This document shows positions 47,438-58,242 of a DNA stretch of 64,000 nucleotides, one piece after another. This DNA comes from Promethearchaeota archaeon (GTDB lineage: Archaea; Asgardarchaeota; Thorarchaeia; Thorarchaeales; Thorarchaeaceae). The stretch is from the NCBI GenBank assembly GCA_014728035.1, contig WJMJ01000022.1, forward strand, positions 64,001-128,000, written 5' to 3'. Numbering within the stretch: position 1 is the first letter of the stretch; each line of letters opens with the position of its first letter. The position numbers and the translations under genes are program-made. The notes beneath the pieces are model-generated. The model did no database searches, was not told the DNA's origin, and saw nothing but the letters and a program-made list of their open reading frames with translations.

Positions 47438-48631
47438 GTGACTTGGATGCTAGAGGATTTCGACCAATTCATGGAAGATGCTGGTATTGATGCATTTGTA
47501 TGTGAAGGAAACGCTTTCGAGGTTTCTGATATTGTTTGGCTAACTGGCTTTCGTTCAACGGATTCTGTAACTTACTTCAAAAACATTCACGATAAGGGAA
47601 TTGTTGCAACCGGGTTCAAAACATATGATAGAGTACAGAAAGAGAGCTTCATCAAAGAGTTCCACGATCTTACTCCCATCTATAAAGATTTGATACGAGA
47701 AAAGAAACGAGCCTATGAAAACCCAGATGTCATCTATGAAGATATTCTCAAGACTCATTTTACGGGCAGTATTATTGGTGTGCCCGACCATCTTCCTGCT
47801 AGAGTACTTGTCGCAATCCAACAATTGGGTTATGATGTCAAAGTAGTTCCAAAGCTCTTGAAAAAAGCACGAGCAACTAAATCTCCATCGGAGATTGATA
47901 TAATCAAAAAAGCTGGAAAATCTACAACATCTGCTATAGGCCGTATTGTTGAAATGATCAAAGATTCGACTATTGGCACCAATAACTCACTAGTAGTAGA
48001 TGGGGAGCCACTCACTGTTGGAAGAGTAAAACTTGCTCTTGAACACTACTTATTGGACCAAGGTGCTGAGTCTGCTGAAGATGCAATTGTCGCAGTAGGA
48101 GCTAAAGCTTTTGATTGGCATTATCTTGGAAAACCAGAGGATGTACTCAAAGCACATGTTCCAATAATCATCGATGTGTTTCCACGATTAAAGTATGAGC
48201 GATATGTGGCAGATGTAACAAGGACTATTGTTAAAGGGTCTGTGAGTGAACCTGTTCAGAAAATGTTTGATGCAGTATATGATGCATTAGTATCCTCAAT
48301 TGACAGCCTCTCGGATGGAGCGAAAATTGATGATGTTAACATGGCTTGTTTTGAAACTCTCAAACGTCATGGATATGATTCTAGTAGGTTGAACATTGAT
48401 GCGGTTGATGGTATGACTCATGGATTGGGCCATGGTATTGGACTGGATGTCCATGAAGAACCCAGTATGTATCGGTATGAAGACTATTTTACTAAGGGTA
48501 ATGTAATGGCTATAGAGCCTGGTGTGTATTTGAAGGGGGTTGGTGGAGTTCGCATCGAAAATGACTATGCTGTGTCTAGTAGTGGTGCTGAGAGATTAAC
48601 TGTTGATTTGGAAGATATCATTCATGTCTAA
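47438..48631 (+). CDS. Xaa-Pro peptidase family (M24B)
   Basis: IIDVFP, ADVTRT, HGLGHGIGLDVHEEP, EPGVY and GVRIEND. Confidence 0.92.
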   Translation: MTWMLEDFDQFMEDAGIDAFVCEGNAFEVSDIVWLTGFRSTDSVTYFKNIHDKGIVATGFKTYDRVQKESFIKEFHDLTPIYKDLIREKKRAYENPDVIYEDILKTHFTGSIIGVPDHLPARVLVAIQQLGYDVKVVPKLLKKARATKSPSEIDIIKKAGKSTTSAIGRIVEMIKDSTIGTNNSLVVDGEPLTVGRVKLALEHYLLDQGAESAEDAIVAVGAKAFDWHYLGKPEDVLKAHVPIIIDVFPRLKYERYVADVTRTIVKGSVSEPVQKMFDAVYDALVSSIDSLSDGAKIDDVNMACFETLKRHGYDSSRLNIDAVDGMTHGLGHGIGLDVHEEPSMYRYEDYFTKGNVMAIEPGVYLKGVGGVRIENDYAVSSSGAERLTVDLEDIIHV

Positions 48632-48632
48632 A

Positions 48633-49718
48633 TCACTGGTAACTCAAAGCGAAATATGGACAGACAGAAATACACATCCCACAAGCTTCACAGGCCTCAG
48701 AATCTATGTGTAATATTTTCTGCTCTCTATCTGCTGTTATTGCTCCGTATACACACGACTTTACACATAATCCACAAACGGTACATTTTTCGTGGTCAAT
48801 CATTGGTGGCGGTTGTAACTTGGTGAGCTTCTTCAATGCGACGCCTCGAATTTCGTCAATTGAATCGTAATCATGAACATTAAGCCAGACTTCTGTTTCA
48901 TTGGCGATTCTACCATAGATTGTATGTCCCTCTAGTATGGCCGCAGTACATACCTGTACAGCTGAAGCACCTGCCATCACAAACTCGATGACATCTTCTC
49001 CAGAAGATACACCTCCAACTCCTATAACTGGGATATCTACTGCTTTTGAAATGTCAGCTACACATCTTAGTGCGATAGGCTTGAGTGCTGATCCACTAAG
49101 CCATCCTTGACCCATGTCTCCTCCAAGCATTGGCTGACCTGTTTCAATATCAATTCTCAAACAAGGCCCATATGTATTGATTGCAACAATTCCATCAACA
49201 TACTTCTCTAGCGATTTTGCTACTTCTGTAACATCTACTTTAGGACTCAACTTTGCGAATATTGGTGTGTTGACCGATTCCCGCAACGCCTTGGCTATCT
49301 CTACGTGTCCTCCTACATAGTGAGTACTAAACTCAATAGCTTCAACTCCGGCTTTCTCCATCTTTGGAGCTAACTTAGAGACTTCTTCTGGTGTGTATCC
49401 AACACTTGCAATCAGCGGTAGGCCAGAGCTCTTCGCAATTGCATACTCTTTCTCAATCCATTGTTCAGGTGGTAATTCGCTCCAGAGTTCCGTGTTTAAC
49501 ATCCCTCTTCTTGATGGAACTCTTCCTCTTCCTATCGCTGCCATATTTGGCCTTGGCACTTCAGCACCCTTGACACTAATCGTCTTTGCAACCAGTCCTC
49601 CAACTCCTCCTGTTGCAGCAGTAAGAAGTGTCATACCATCTCGTGATGTTGGTCCGGCAGCAGTCAGAACCGGATTGCGAAATTGCAAACCTGCTATTTC
49701 AACGCGGATATTTGCCAT
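48633..49718 (-). CDS. Dihydropyrimidine/dihydroorotate dehydrogenase-like flavoprotein with 2x[4Fe-4S] (PreA-like)
   Basis: AAGP, KT, NTELWS, KLSP, INT, GWLSG and GVGGV; C-terminal ferredoxin. Confidence 0.85.
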   Translation of the reverse strand: MANIRVEIAGLQFRNPVLTAAGPTSRDGMTLLTAATGGVGGLVAKTISVKGAEVPRPNMAAIGRGRVPSRRGMLNTELWSELPPEQWIEKEYAIAKSSGLPLIASVGYTPEEVSKLAPKMEKAGVEAIEFSTHYVGGHVEIAKALRESVNTPIFAKLSPKVDVTEVAKSLEKYVDGIVAINTYGPCLRIDIETGQPMLGGDMGQGWLSGSALKPIALRCVADISKAVDIPVIGVGGVSSGEDVIEFVMAGASAVQVCTAAILEGHTIYGRIANETEVWLNVHDYDSIDEIRGVALKKLTKLQPPPMIDHEKCTVCGLCVKSCVYGAITADREQKILHIDSEACEACGMCISVCPYFALSYQ

Positions 49719-49827
49719 AGTTATTGTATGGAGTTCGACAACATAAGAATTAGGTATCGTTGCTTTTGATTAAAGGATGAAAATATTTATTTGCTAATAG
49801 CTTAAGAAATGGGTAAAGGGGAGAATT

Positions 49828-50181
49828 ATGTCAATTTCTCAAAAACCACATCTGACCATCGGTGATGTTGTAACCAGATTAAGGAATGATATACTAACAC
49901 CAACTTCGGTTCGGAAATACATCAGAATTATTGAACGTGAATGGTTCATTTGTGAAGAGCGGAGAGGTGCATATAATCCCATTACTTTGGAATTACGAAA
50001 CCTTCGTCAATTCTTGGAACGCAAAATTATTCCACTTATGGAGATGGATGAACAAAGTATGAAAGAAGGTACTCCAGAACAATTACTGGAAACCTATATC
50101 TTGCGTAGTTTGTCCGCACAAACTTTGGCACGAGTATTGATTCAAGCTAGTCCTAGAGATATTCGTGGTATGTTAGAATAG
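49828..50181 (+). CDS. Hypothetical protein
   Basis: 117-aa helical ORF with GGGGAG RBS. Confidence 0.65.
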   Translation: MSISQKPHLTIGDVVTRLRNDILTPTSVRKYIRIIEREWFICEERRGAYNPITLELRNLRQFLERKIIPLMEMDEQSMKEGTPEQLLETYILRSLSAQTLARVLIQASPRDIRGMLE

Positions 50182-50182
50182 T

Positions 50183-52120
50183 CTAGTTTGCTAACATACC
50201 TCTCTTTTCCAAATCCTTTACAACAAAGTCAAGATCAAGGCTTTCAAGGACCGATTTCTTTGGAAATCCAGTTTCTTTATCGCAGCCTCTGAACTCATAA
50301 TATTCGTCTAGCATATAATCCAGATCAGGGAGTCCTCCTTTTGATGGCCCGGTTGGCATTGGTTCTTTGAGAAGTCTTCTTGGGAGAGTTTCTTCTTTTC
50401 TGGTAATTCCCAGTCTGTGATTATATGCACGTCTGAGATGGCTAATTCTATCCGCAGCACGACGCACATATTTCACATCACCCCATTCTTCCATACCTGT
50501 AAGGGATGGTAGAACATTAGCAAAAGTATCAAAGTAAAATATTGGTGGCCACATTGTGCCGTACTTGCAGATAACTGCAGAATCTGTAATGGCGTAGAGG
50601 TTTTCAATATCGTATACAACCAGTCCTTTGTGAACCGGTGACATGATCTCTTGAATCTCATCAGCTTTTTCTTTTCCGAATCGACGAATAGAAATCTCTG
50701 GAAATCCTAACTCCTCCAGACTTGATAGACTTCTAAGGTGGTCTGCGCCCCGTACATTCACTGCATAGGTGAGACCAATAGATTGGTGAGCTCGTGGATC
50801 CTGTCCAGATGCTTCCAATCCTTTAGAATGAATTGCATATTTCCATGCATCTCCTCCAATAATCTCCGCAGCCTTTCGTGTGCCTTTAGATAGCAATTCT
50901 CCAATCCCTTTCTCTCTTCTTGCTATCTTTTCAATCAGAGCATTCATTGAATCAACATTGCCCCATGATAGATCAAGACCGTCAGTGTCCTTTTCAGTAA
51001 GAATACCTCTCTCCCAAAGTTCCATGGCAAAACTGATGGTCTTTCCACAGGAGATGGTATCCATTCCAAGCAGGTCACATCTATGACCTTGGTAAAATAC
51101 CGCTTCAACATCACCATTCAAGCAGTTTGATCCGAATGCCATTAGAGTTTCATATTCTGGTCCACCAGCTGGCCCCCCAGCAAATTTTCCTTCATTTACT
51201 CGGTATACATATTTGCAACCGATTCCACATCCATGGCATGCTTCCTGTGCAACACGATATTTTTCAGCTATAAGCTCGGGGCCGATTGATTCAGCATCTT
51301 CAAAGAATCCAGTCCAATGATTTTTAGTTGGAAGGCGTCCTATCTCATTAATCATTGCAACAAGGTCTGTAGTTCCATAATCTCTTAGACTCTTCAGGAA
51401 GTCTTTCCATAGTGGGTCATTTAGCCGTTCCATCTCTTGTTCATTAGCAGTGAGATATGCATCCATATCATGCGCTTCCAGACCAAGAGAACCTCTTGCA
51501 GCAAGTGCTTTCACATTTTTGGAGCCTAGTACTGTTCCGAGACCTGTTCTCCCAGCAGCTCGATAGTAATCAACAATTATTGCTCCGTAGAGGACTCCAT
51601 TCTCTCCTGCAGGACCAATAGCTGCAGTTTCAATTGCAGGGTCTCTATGCTCTTCTCTGATCATGTCAGTTGTTTCAGCAGTTTCTCTTCCCCACAATTT
51701 AGAAGCATCACGTAATTCTGCTTTCCCATCATTTAACCATAGGTAGACTGGTTTCGGTGACCTGCCATTGAAAATGACAAAATCAAACCCTGCATATTTT
51801 ATCTCTGGCCCCAGAAAACCACCAACATGGCTCTCAGCCCATATACCCGTAAGAGGGCTCATTCCAGAGAACATCATTCTACCAGAAGGTGAGAACATCA
51901 CACCTGTTAGAGGCCCAGTTCCTACTATCAAAATATTGTCCGGTGAAAGTGGGTCGGTGTCAGGTCCAGTTCTATCCCAGAGTATTTTTGAGGCAATACC
52001 TGTTCCTCCAAGATAGAGTCTTGCCCATTCTTTTTCCATCTCTTTCTTGTGAATTTTTCCTTTTGTCAAATCAACATCCAAATAGTAACCTGCATAGCCC
52101 TTGTATGGAAAGCTTCCCAT
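50183..52120 (-). CDS. Tungsten aldehyde:ferredoxin oxidoreductase family enzyme 2
   Basis: SPLTG, GPAGEN, GRTGLG..GSKN, CHGCGIGC, GMDTIS, DPRA, RGADHL and DSAVIC. Confidence 0.92.
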   Translation of the reverse strand: MGSFPYKGYAGYYLDVDLTKGKIHKKEMEKEWARLYLGGTGIASKILWDRTGPDTDPLSPDNILIVGTGPLTGVMFSPSGRMMFSGMSPLTGIWAESHVGGFLGPEIKYAGFDFVIFNGRSPKPVYLWLNDGKAELRDASKLWGRETAETTDMIREEHRDPAIETAAIGPAGENGVLYGAIIVDYYRAAGRTGLGTVLGSKNVKALAARGSLGLEAHDMDAYLTANEQEMERLNDPLWKDFLKSLRDYGTTDLVAMINEIGRLPTKNHWTGFFEDAESIGPELIAEKYRVAQEACHGCGIGCKYVYRVNEGKFAGGPAGGPEYETLMAFGSNCLNGDVEAVFYQGHRCDLLGMDTISCGKTISFAMELWERGILTEKDTDGLDLSWGNVDSMNALIEKIARREKGIGELLSKGTRKAAEIIGGDAWKYAIHSKGLEASGQDPRAHQSIGLTYAVNVRGADHLRSLSSLEELGFPEISIRRFGKEKADEIQEIMSPVHKGLVVYDIENLYAITDSAVICKYGTMWPPIFYFDTFANVLPSLTGMEEWGDVKYVRRAADRISHLRRAYNHRLGITRKEETLPRRLLKEPMPTGPSKGGLPDLDYMLDEYYEFRGCDKETGFPKKSVLESLDLDFVVKDLEKRGMLAN

Positions 52121-52620
52121 TACTCTGATACCTCCTGTGTCCGTATGCTTGTTGACAGCTGTTCCATTCCCTTGGCCCTTTCGCTTCTTCCTTTCTCTTC
52201 TGAAACCAATGAGATCACTCCGTACTCACATGCAGTTATACAGGCAGGATCCCCGTCGCAGAGATCGCATTTGATTGCCTTTCTGGCAACTGGATCTATC
52301 ACTATTCCTCCATAGATACAAGCTGAAACACAATTTCCACATCCGATGCATTCCTCATGATTTACTGTCAAAACACCCGATGAATTCAAAATAATCGCAT
52401 TCGTAGGACAAGCTTCAGCACAGAGTGGCTCATCACACTGCAGACAGACCATCGGAATAATCAGTCCTTTGTGTTCTTTTTTGAGAATCTGTATTCTTGA
52501 CCTTGCTGGGTTGAATGATGTGGCATTCCGGGTAGAGCAAGCTAATTCACAATTTCTGCAGCCCGTACAGCGTTGGGCATCAATTACTAGGAGGTTTTTC
52601 AAAGGGGGTAACTCCGTCAA
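52120..52620 (-). CDS. 4x[4Fe-4S] electron-transfer subunit
   Basis: CTGCRNC, CLQCDEPLCAEACP, CIGCGNC and KCDLC..P.C. Confidence 0.9.
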   Translation of the reverse strand: MTELPPLKNLLVIDAQRCTGCRNCELACSTRNATSFNPARSRIQILKKEHKGLIIPMVCLQCDEPLCAEACPTNAIILNSSGVLTVNHEECIGCGNCVSACIYGGIVIDPVARKAIKCDLCDGDPACITACEYGVISLVSEEKGRSERAKGMEQLSTSIRTQEVSE

Positions 52621-52775
52621 CAGGTTTTCAGTATTCCTTTTTCTTCCACTTTAATTTGTTGTTATGCTTCTAATAACCATGTCAACATGATTTATTGATT
52701 CCTTCGCCTGTATGTTTCCAAAGGAAAACTATTAGAGTCACGCATTCACTTTTATAACTAGGCAAAATATGTCGG

Positions 52776-52824
52776 TTTGACAATCTTATCTGCAACGGTT
52801 GCAACAGCTGTCAAAAACTTGACA
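52776..52824. promoter_or_regulatory. Clustered TGACA/TGTCA palindromic sites
   Basis: TTTGACA (52776), TGCAAC-G-GTTGCA and TGTCAA-AAAC-TTGACA (52809-52824). Confidence 0.4.
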
Positions 52825-52988
52825 TTGTTGGACATGACCTGATAGGAGTCTATATGTATTAATACTGAGTGAAGGTCTGGTCGAATGACATAGCATCGCT
52901 GACCACGACTAAATCAACTCCAGTACCGCTCCTGGAGGGACAACACTTAGATGTCCAAGTTTGTTCAACTAAAAATGAACGGTAAATA

Positions 52989-54782
52989 ATGAATACTACA
53001 ACTCCCCTCGACTCGACAAAAAAATCGTTTGACAGACAAAAATTTCATGAAGTAGCGGAAAGTATGCAAATCGCAGTCCTTGATTTCAATATGGACTTGG
53101 AATTAATTTATGCAAATCCAATAGCAATGGACATTTTTGATTTTGATGAGAAAAAGTTGGATGAATGTATTTCCTTCAAGGAATTGGTGGTGCCTGAACA
53201 AGTTCAGAATATCGAAGCCACATTCAATCGACTTATCTCCGGGGAGGAACCACAATCAATGACAATTCGAGCTATCACAAGGAACGATGTTCATATCCCC
53301 TTCCAAGTTACTCCTGAACTTATATTGGAGGATGGAGAGCCAATTGGTATCATTATTTATGCAATTGACCTCTCTACCCGGGTAGCAACTGACCACGCGA
53401 TGATGGAAAGAGCTGAATATTTTCGTCTCATTGTTGAATATTCTAGTTTTGCTGGTATGGTAATTATCGATGACCAGTATCACTTTGAATGGTTTAATGA
53501 CAAATTTTGTGAAATCCTAGGATACTCTCGTCAAGAGTTGATTCAGAAAGATTTCCGTGAAGTGCTGCATCCTGATAGTCTTGAGCTAACCGCTGATAGA
53601 TACCGTAGACGGCAACAAGGAGAATCTGTACCCCCAGTCTATGAGATCAAAGTTATCCGGAAAGATGGAAGCATCAGGGAAGTTATTCTTAGTAGCAAAA
53701 TCTACAAGAGTGGTAAAGGCCTCAAATCTGTTGCTCAAGTATTAGATGTAACTGAACAGAAACAACAACGTCGAGCACTCGAAAAGAGCGAACGTCGCTA
53801 TAGAACTCTTGTTGAAACTATTATTGCTGGCTTGGGTATTGATGATGCAAATGGTATAATTATCTACGCAAATGAGACCCTAAGCAGAATGACTGGATAT
53901 ACAACTCAGGAATTAGTTGGTATGAAAGGCTCTACGCTTGTTCATGAGCTGACACCTGATCGAATACAATCTCGTCGCGAGGGCAAATTCGAACAATATG
54001 AAGCACATCTCGTAACCAAATCCGGAACTCTTGTACCAGTCATTGTTTCAGCATCGCCTTTGATGGACTCTGAAAATAACTTTGAAGGGTCTTTTGCAAT
54101 TTTTACTGATATATCTCAACTCAAATCTGTAGAAGATGAGGTCCGTTTTCTGTTAGATTTGATTTTACACGATATTGGAAATCAACTCCAGCTAATCATT
54201 GCAGGTAGTGGACTAATAGAGGGCGATGCACCAGAGGAAATTCTCCTTCGTGCAAAAGAATACATTCTAGATGGTGCACATCGTAGCCTTGATTTGATTA
54301 CAAAGGTTCGGGGTGCGGAACAAGCGAAAACTGAATCCCTTACTCCAATTGATATCACAGAGGTCATTGAATCGGAGTCAATGCTTCTCTGGAGACAACA
54401 TGGAGTGATGCCTGACATAACTGGAGTACCCAATAGTCTGATGGTCTTGGCTGATGGAGCAGTGAATCATCTCATTTGGAATATTCTGGAGAATGCAGTA
54501 AAACACAATACCAGTTCAGACCCAGAAGTATGGATTGAAGGATTCATTGAAGATGATTGCTTTCTACTTGAAATATCTGATAATGGACCAGGTCTCGATG
54601 AGGAAAAACGAAACCGACTCTTTGATGTTCATAGACGATATGGTGGTGTTGGTCTCCACATTGTGCGGCGATTAGCAGAGAAATATTGTTCTCTTCCAGA
54701 AGTGTCTGACCGTATTGATGGCCACCCTGGAGAGGGCTTGACAATAAGACTCAGATTTCATTTGGCTAAAGACGAACCATAA
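52989..54782 (+). CDS. Cytoplasmic PAS-domain (x3) sensor histidine kinase
   Basis: Three PAS/PAC repeats, H-box HDIGNQL, N-box NILENAVKH, DNGPG and GVGL. Confidence 0.9.
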   Translation: MNTTTPLDSTKKSFDRQKFHEVAESMQIAVLDFNMDLELIYANPIAMDIFDFDEKKLDECISFKELVVPEQVQNIEATFNRLISGEEPQSMTIRAITRNDVHIPFQVTPELILEDGEPIGIIIYAIDLSTRVATDHAMMERAEYFRLIVEYSSFAGMVIIDDQYHFEWFNDKFCEILGYSRQELIQKDFREVLHPDSLELTADRYRRRQQGESVPPVYEIKVIRKDGSIREVILSSKIYKSGKGLKSVAQVLDVTEQKQQRRALEKSERRYRTLVETIIAGLGIDDANGIIIYANETLSRMTGYTTQELVGMKGSTLVHELTPDRIQSRREGKFEQYEAHLVTKSGTLVPVIVSASPLMDSENNFEGSFAIFTDISQLKSVEDEVRFLLDLILHDIGNQLQLIIAGSGLIEGDAPEEILLRAKEYILDGAHRSLDLITKVRGAEQAKTESLTPIDITEVIESESMLLWRQHGVMPDITGVPNSLMVLADGAVNHLIWNILENAVKHNTSSDPEVWIEGFIEDDCFLLEISDNGPGLDEEKRNRLFDVHRRYGGVGLHIVRRLAEKYCSLPEVSDRIDGHPGEGLTIRLRFHLAKDEP

Positions 54783-54833
54783 TTGTTATGATGTACCTTT
54801 ACTAATAGACTACTCCTACCGGAGGTATATCAT

Positions 54834-56225
54834 TTGGACTCGTTTGAATCAATCCTCATCAAAAATGGCTATGTGCTGACTATAGACCCTAAGCGAAGAA
54901 TTCTTCCGAAAGGAAATATCCGAATTGAAGGAAATAAGATTACTGAAGTATCAAAATCTCCTTCTAATGATGCAGAACTTGTGATTGATGCATCTGGAAA
55001 AATAGTCATGCCTGGACTTATTGATACCCATGTGCATTTAGCTCAGGCATTAATTCGAGGATGTGCTGATGATGTATCTCTGGTTGATTGGTTGAAGAAT
55101 TATGTGTGGGTTCTTCAAGGTAATTTCACCCATGCTGACGGAAAAGCCTCCGCAGAATTGTGCATGGCTGAAATGATTCGTACTGGTACTACTGGTTTCA
55201 TCGAATGTATGATTCACTCAAGGTATGGATTTGATGGAATTGCCAAATCTGTTGAAAAAATCGGGATGCGTGCAGCTCTTTCCAAGATTATTATGGATTC
55301 AACTGGATATGCTGATAGTCCTGACATCATGTACCCTGGAATGGTAGAATCAGCTGGAGACTGCCTACAGGAAACTGAGGCTATGCTTAAGAAATGGCAA
55401 TGGGATGCAAATGGGCGTATTCAGGTATGGTATGGACTTAGGTCTCTTGGAGCAGTTTCTGATAGTCTGTTCAAGCAGGTTGTTCAACTTGCCCGTAAAC
55501 ATAAGACCCGTATGACCATGCATCTTGGCGAAGTACCTGATGATGTCAGATATGTACAGGAAAATCATGGTACCAATCTGGTAGGATTTGCTCGCAAGCT
55601 TGGACTACTGGGAGATGATATGGTTTTTGCTCATGGTATCCATTTTGAAGATCAAGAAATACAAGAACTAGCAGCTACCCAATCGAATATCTCTCATTGC
55701 CCTGCTAGTAATATGAAACTTGCATCAGGATTTGCAAAGGTACCAGAGATGCTTGAGCATGGGGTTCCTGTTTCCCTTGGATGTGATGGAGGACCTAGCA
55801 ATAATACATATGACATGATTCGTGAGATGCGACTCGCAGCTCTGATACATAAACCTCGAGTTAATGATCCGACTGTTGTTAGTGCTGAACAAGTTATTGA
55901 GATGGCTACTCTCGGTGGTGCTAAGGCTCTTGGTTTAGGTGACGAATTGGGATCTTTAGAACAAGGAAAACTTGCTGACATTATTTTGGTTGATATGCGC
56001 CATCTTAATCTAACACCAAATACCAATCCAGTTTCTAATCTTGTATACGCTGGGTCTGGGAATGATGTTGACACAGTAATTGTAGATGGTAAGATCCTCT
56101 TACGAGATAAGGAACATCTCACTCTCGACCGAGATGCGGTTATGGTTAAAGCAGAAAAACACGCAGTTGATTTGATAGAAAGAGCAGAAGTCGAGATAGA
56201 ACCAAAATGGCCTATCTTCGACTGA
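54834..56225 (+). CDS. Amidohydrolase (MTA/SAH deaminase, 8-oxoguanine deaminase, SsnA-like)
   Basis: DTHVH, HLGE, AHG, HCPASN and GCDG. Confidence 0.88.
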   Translation: MDSFESILIKNGYVLTIDPKRRILPKGNIRIEGNKITEVSKSPSNDAELVIDASGKIVMPGLIDTHVHLAQALIRGCADDVSLVDWLKNYVWVLQGNFTHADGKASAELCMAEMIRTGTTGFIECMIHSRYGFDGIAKSVEKIGMRAALSKIIMDSTGYADSPDIMYPGMVESAGDCLQETEAMLKKWQWDANGRIQVWYGLRSLGAVSDSLFKQVVQLARKHKTRMTMHLGEVPDDVRYVQENHGTNLVGFARKLGLLGDDMVFAHGIHFEDQEIQELAATQSNISHCPASNMKLASGFAKVPEMLEHGVPVSLGCDGGPSNNTYDMIREMRLAALIHKPRVNDPTVVSAEQVIEMATLGGAKALGLGDELGSLEQGKLADIILVDMRHLNLTPNTNPVSNLVYAGSGNDVDTVIVDGKILLRDKEHLTLDRDAVMVKAEKHAVDLIERAEVEIEPKWPIFD

Positions 56226-56232
56226 TATTGAA

Positions 56233-57435
56233 TTAAGCTATTATCGCTTCTCTCTCAAAGAGCTTTGCACCTATTATGAGGAATGCGATGGTAAATGCTA
56301 ATAGATATGCCACATTTCCAATCAGCATTGCAGGTGTTGCTACACCTGATAGAACTCCGTTTAGGAACATGATTGCATGAGAGAATGGGATTAGCAAGAT
56401 TGCAAATCCAAATAGCCCTCCATATTGTAATATACTTCCAGTGAAACCAAGAATACCAATAACCATGGTGGGAACCAGTAGGATTAAGTTATTGATGGAC
56501 TCGGCGGTGGCTTGGTCTTTTGCAAGACATGAAATTACCACTCCAATCCCTATTGCACATAGCAGCACTAAGAACTGACAGAAGAATATCAGTGGCAGGG
56601 TTGCAACATCAATCGTGTAGAGATTTATGTAATACTCCTCAGCAGATGGAGGTAGTCCCGCAGCTCTTAACACAATTGATAGATTGTAACTAAGGATGCC
56701 CACGATTGTGAATACCGAGTATATCATTGTCAGGAGAAGGCCTGCTACTAACTTTGAACCAAGAATTTTCAAACGGCTCATTGGTACGACAAGTAAAGCT
56801 TCCAAAGTGTGTCTTTCTCTTTCCCCGGCAAACGATTTGCTTACGTACGGAGCTGGTGCTAAGACGGAAGTTAGCATGACAAGAAAGATTGCCAATTGAT
56901 GCCCATAAGTTGCCTCCGGACTAATGGTATACCAACTAATCTGTACATCTTTCACAATAATCTGCAGATTCTGTTTCACGAAGATATCGATTCGCTGAGC
57001 TGCCGCTGTAGCACGGAAATTCCCTGTGTTGACCCACATGACCATTGTGCTTACATTATCTGTCTGGTACTCCGCTGTGAAATTTTCCGGGATTAATACC
57101 CACACTGATACTGTCTTGTTTTCTACCAGTGTTTCCCCGTATTCTCGATCGACCTCAATAAGCGGGTCTATCAACAGTTGTTCTTTACTTGCATTTATTG
57201 CATCAAATAGGGCAGGCCCTAATGCTCCATCATCTTCGACAGTAATGTACACTGCTTCCGGTTCTTCTGTTGTCTGGGCGACTATAAACGATAAGAATGC
57301 TCCTTGAAAGAGCCACGCAAACATAGGACTGATGATGAAACCAAGTAGAAGCCAACGTGATCGAAGAACTGACTTGATCTCTTTTTTAAGCATCCAGTAG
57401 GTCTTGCTATCAAGTTTCAATTTTGGTATATTCAT
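56233..57435 (-). CDS. ABC-2 type exporter permease (NatB-like)
   Basis: AGERERHTLEALL..P motif and multiple TMs. Confidence 0.88.
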   Translation of the reverse strand: MNIPKLKLDSKTYWMLKKEIKSVLRSRWLLLGFIISPMFAWLFQGAFLSFIVAQTTEEPEAVYITVEDDGALGPALFDAINASKEQLLIDPLIEVDREYGETLVENKTVSVWVLIPENFTAEYQTDNVSTMVMWVNTGNFRATAAAQRIDIFVKQNLQIIVKDVQISWYTISPEATYGHQLAIFLVMLTSVLAPAPYVSKSFAGERERHTLEALLVVPMSRLKILGSKLVAGLLLTMIYSVFTIVGILSYNLSIVLRAAGLPPSAEEYYINLYTIDVATLPLIFFCQFLVLLCAIGIGVVISCLAKDQATAESINNLILLVPTMVIGILGFTGSILQYGGLFGFAILLIPFSHAIMFLNGVLSGVATPAMLIGNVAYLLAFTIAFLIIGAKLFEREAIIA

Positions 57436-57447
57436 TTTTCAACCTCC

Positions 57448-58221
57448 TTATGTTTCGTAGACCCCTTCTCCAGTGATTAATCCTGTAAACACTTCTTCAA
57501 GATTAGCTGCTTTGAATTTCTCTTCAAGCTCACTGGGTTCTCCAATTGCTACCAGTTCTCCATTATTCAGGATTCCTACTCTATCACATAGTTCCGAGAC
57601 CTCATTCAGGTCATGAGTTGTAAGAATAATAGTGCGATTCTCTTCTTCGCTAAGTTTTTTCAATAGATTTCTAACAACCCGAGCACCAATAGTATCCACT
57701 CCAGTTGTTGGCTCATCCATGAATACGATCTCTGGCTGTATTATGAGGGCTCGTGCGACGAGTACCTTTCGTTTCATTCCTCCACTGAATCCCTTAACTT
57801 GATAGTCCTCTTTCTCTTTGAGTTTGACTATCTCAAGGAGTTCATCTGCACGTCTGTTCAACTCATCCTCTGGAATACCGTACAATCCGCCATAATAGAT
57901 GAGATTCTCCCTTGCTGTGAGTCGTTCGTAGATGCCTGCTTCTTGAGGCAATAACGTGACACGTTCTCGTATATATTCGATATCTTCTTCCACATTTTTC
58001 CCGAGAACCCATGCACTTCCTTTGGTCGGAGTGAGAAGGCCTACCAGCACACGGATGAGTGTAGTCTTTCCAGCACCATTTGGCCCAATTAATCCAAAGA
58101 CCTCTCCCCGTTTAATCTCCAGGTCAACATCTTTCAGGGCAACAACTTCTCGTTTCTTACCCTCTTCAAAGATTTTTGAGAGGTTCTCTGTTTTGATTAC
58201 TACCTCGTCTAACATCCACAC
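57448..58221 (-). CDS. ABC transporter ATP-binding protein
   Basis: GPNGAGKTT, FSGGM, DEPT and TTH. Confidence 0.95.
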   Translation of the reverse strand: MWMLDEVVIKTENLSKIFEEGKKREVVALKDVDLEIKRGEVFGLIGPNGAGKTTLIRVLVGLLTPTKGSAWVLGKNVEEDIEYIRERVTLLPQEAGIYERLTARENLIYYGGLYGIPEDELNRRADELLEIVKLKEKEDYQVKGFSGGMKRKVLVARALIIQPEIVFMDEPTTGVDTIGARVVRNLLKKLSEEENRTIILTTHDLNEVSELCDRVGILNNGELVAIGEPSELEEKFKAANLEEVFTGLITGEGVYET

Positions 58222-58242
58222 TCACCTACAATCTTCCTGTAG

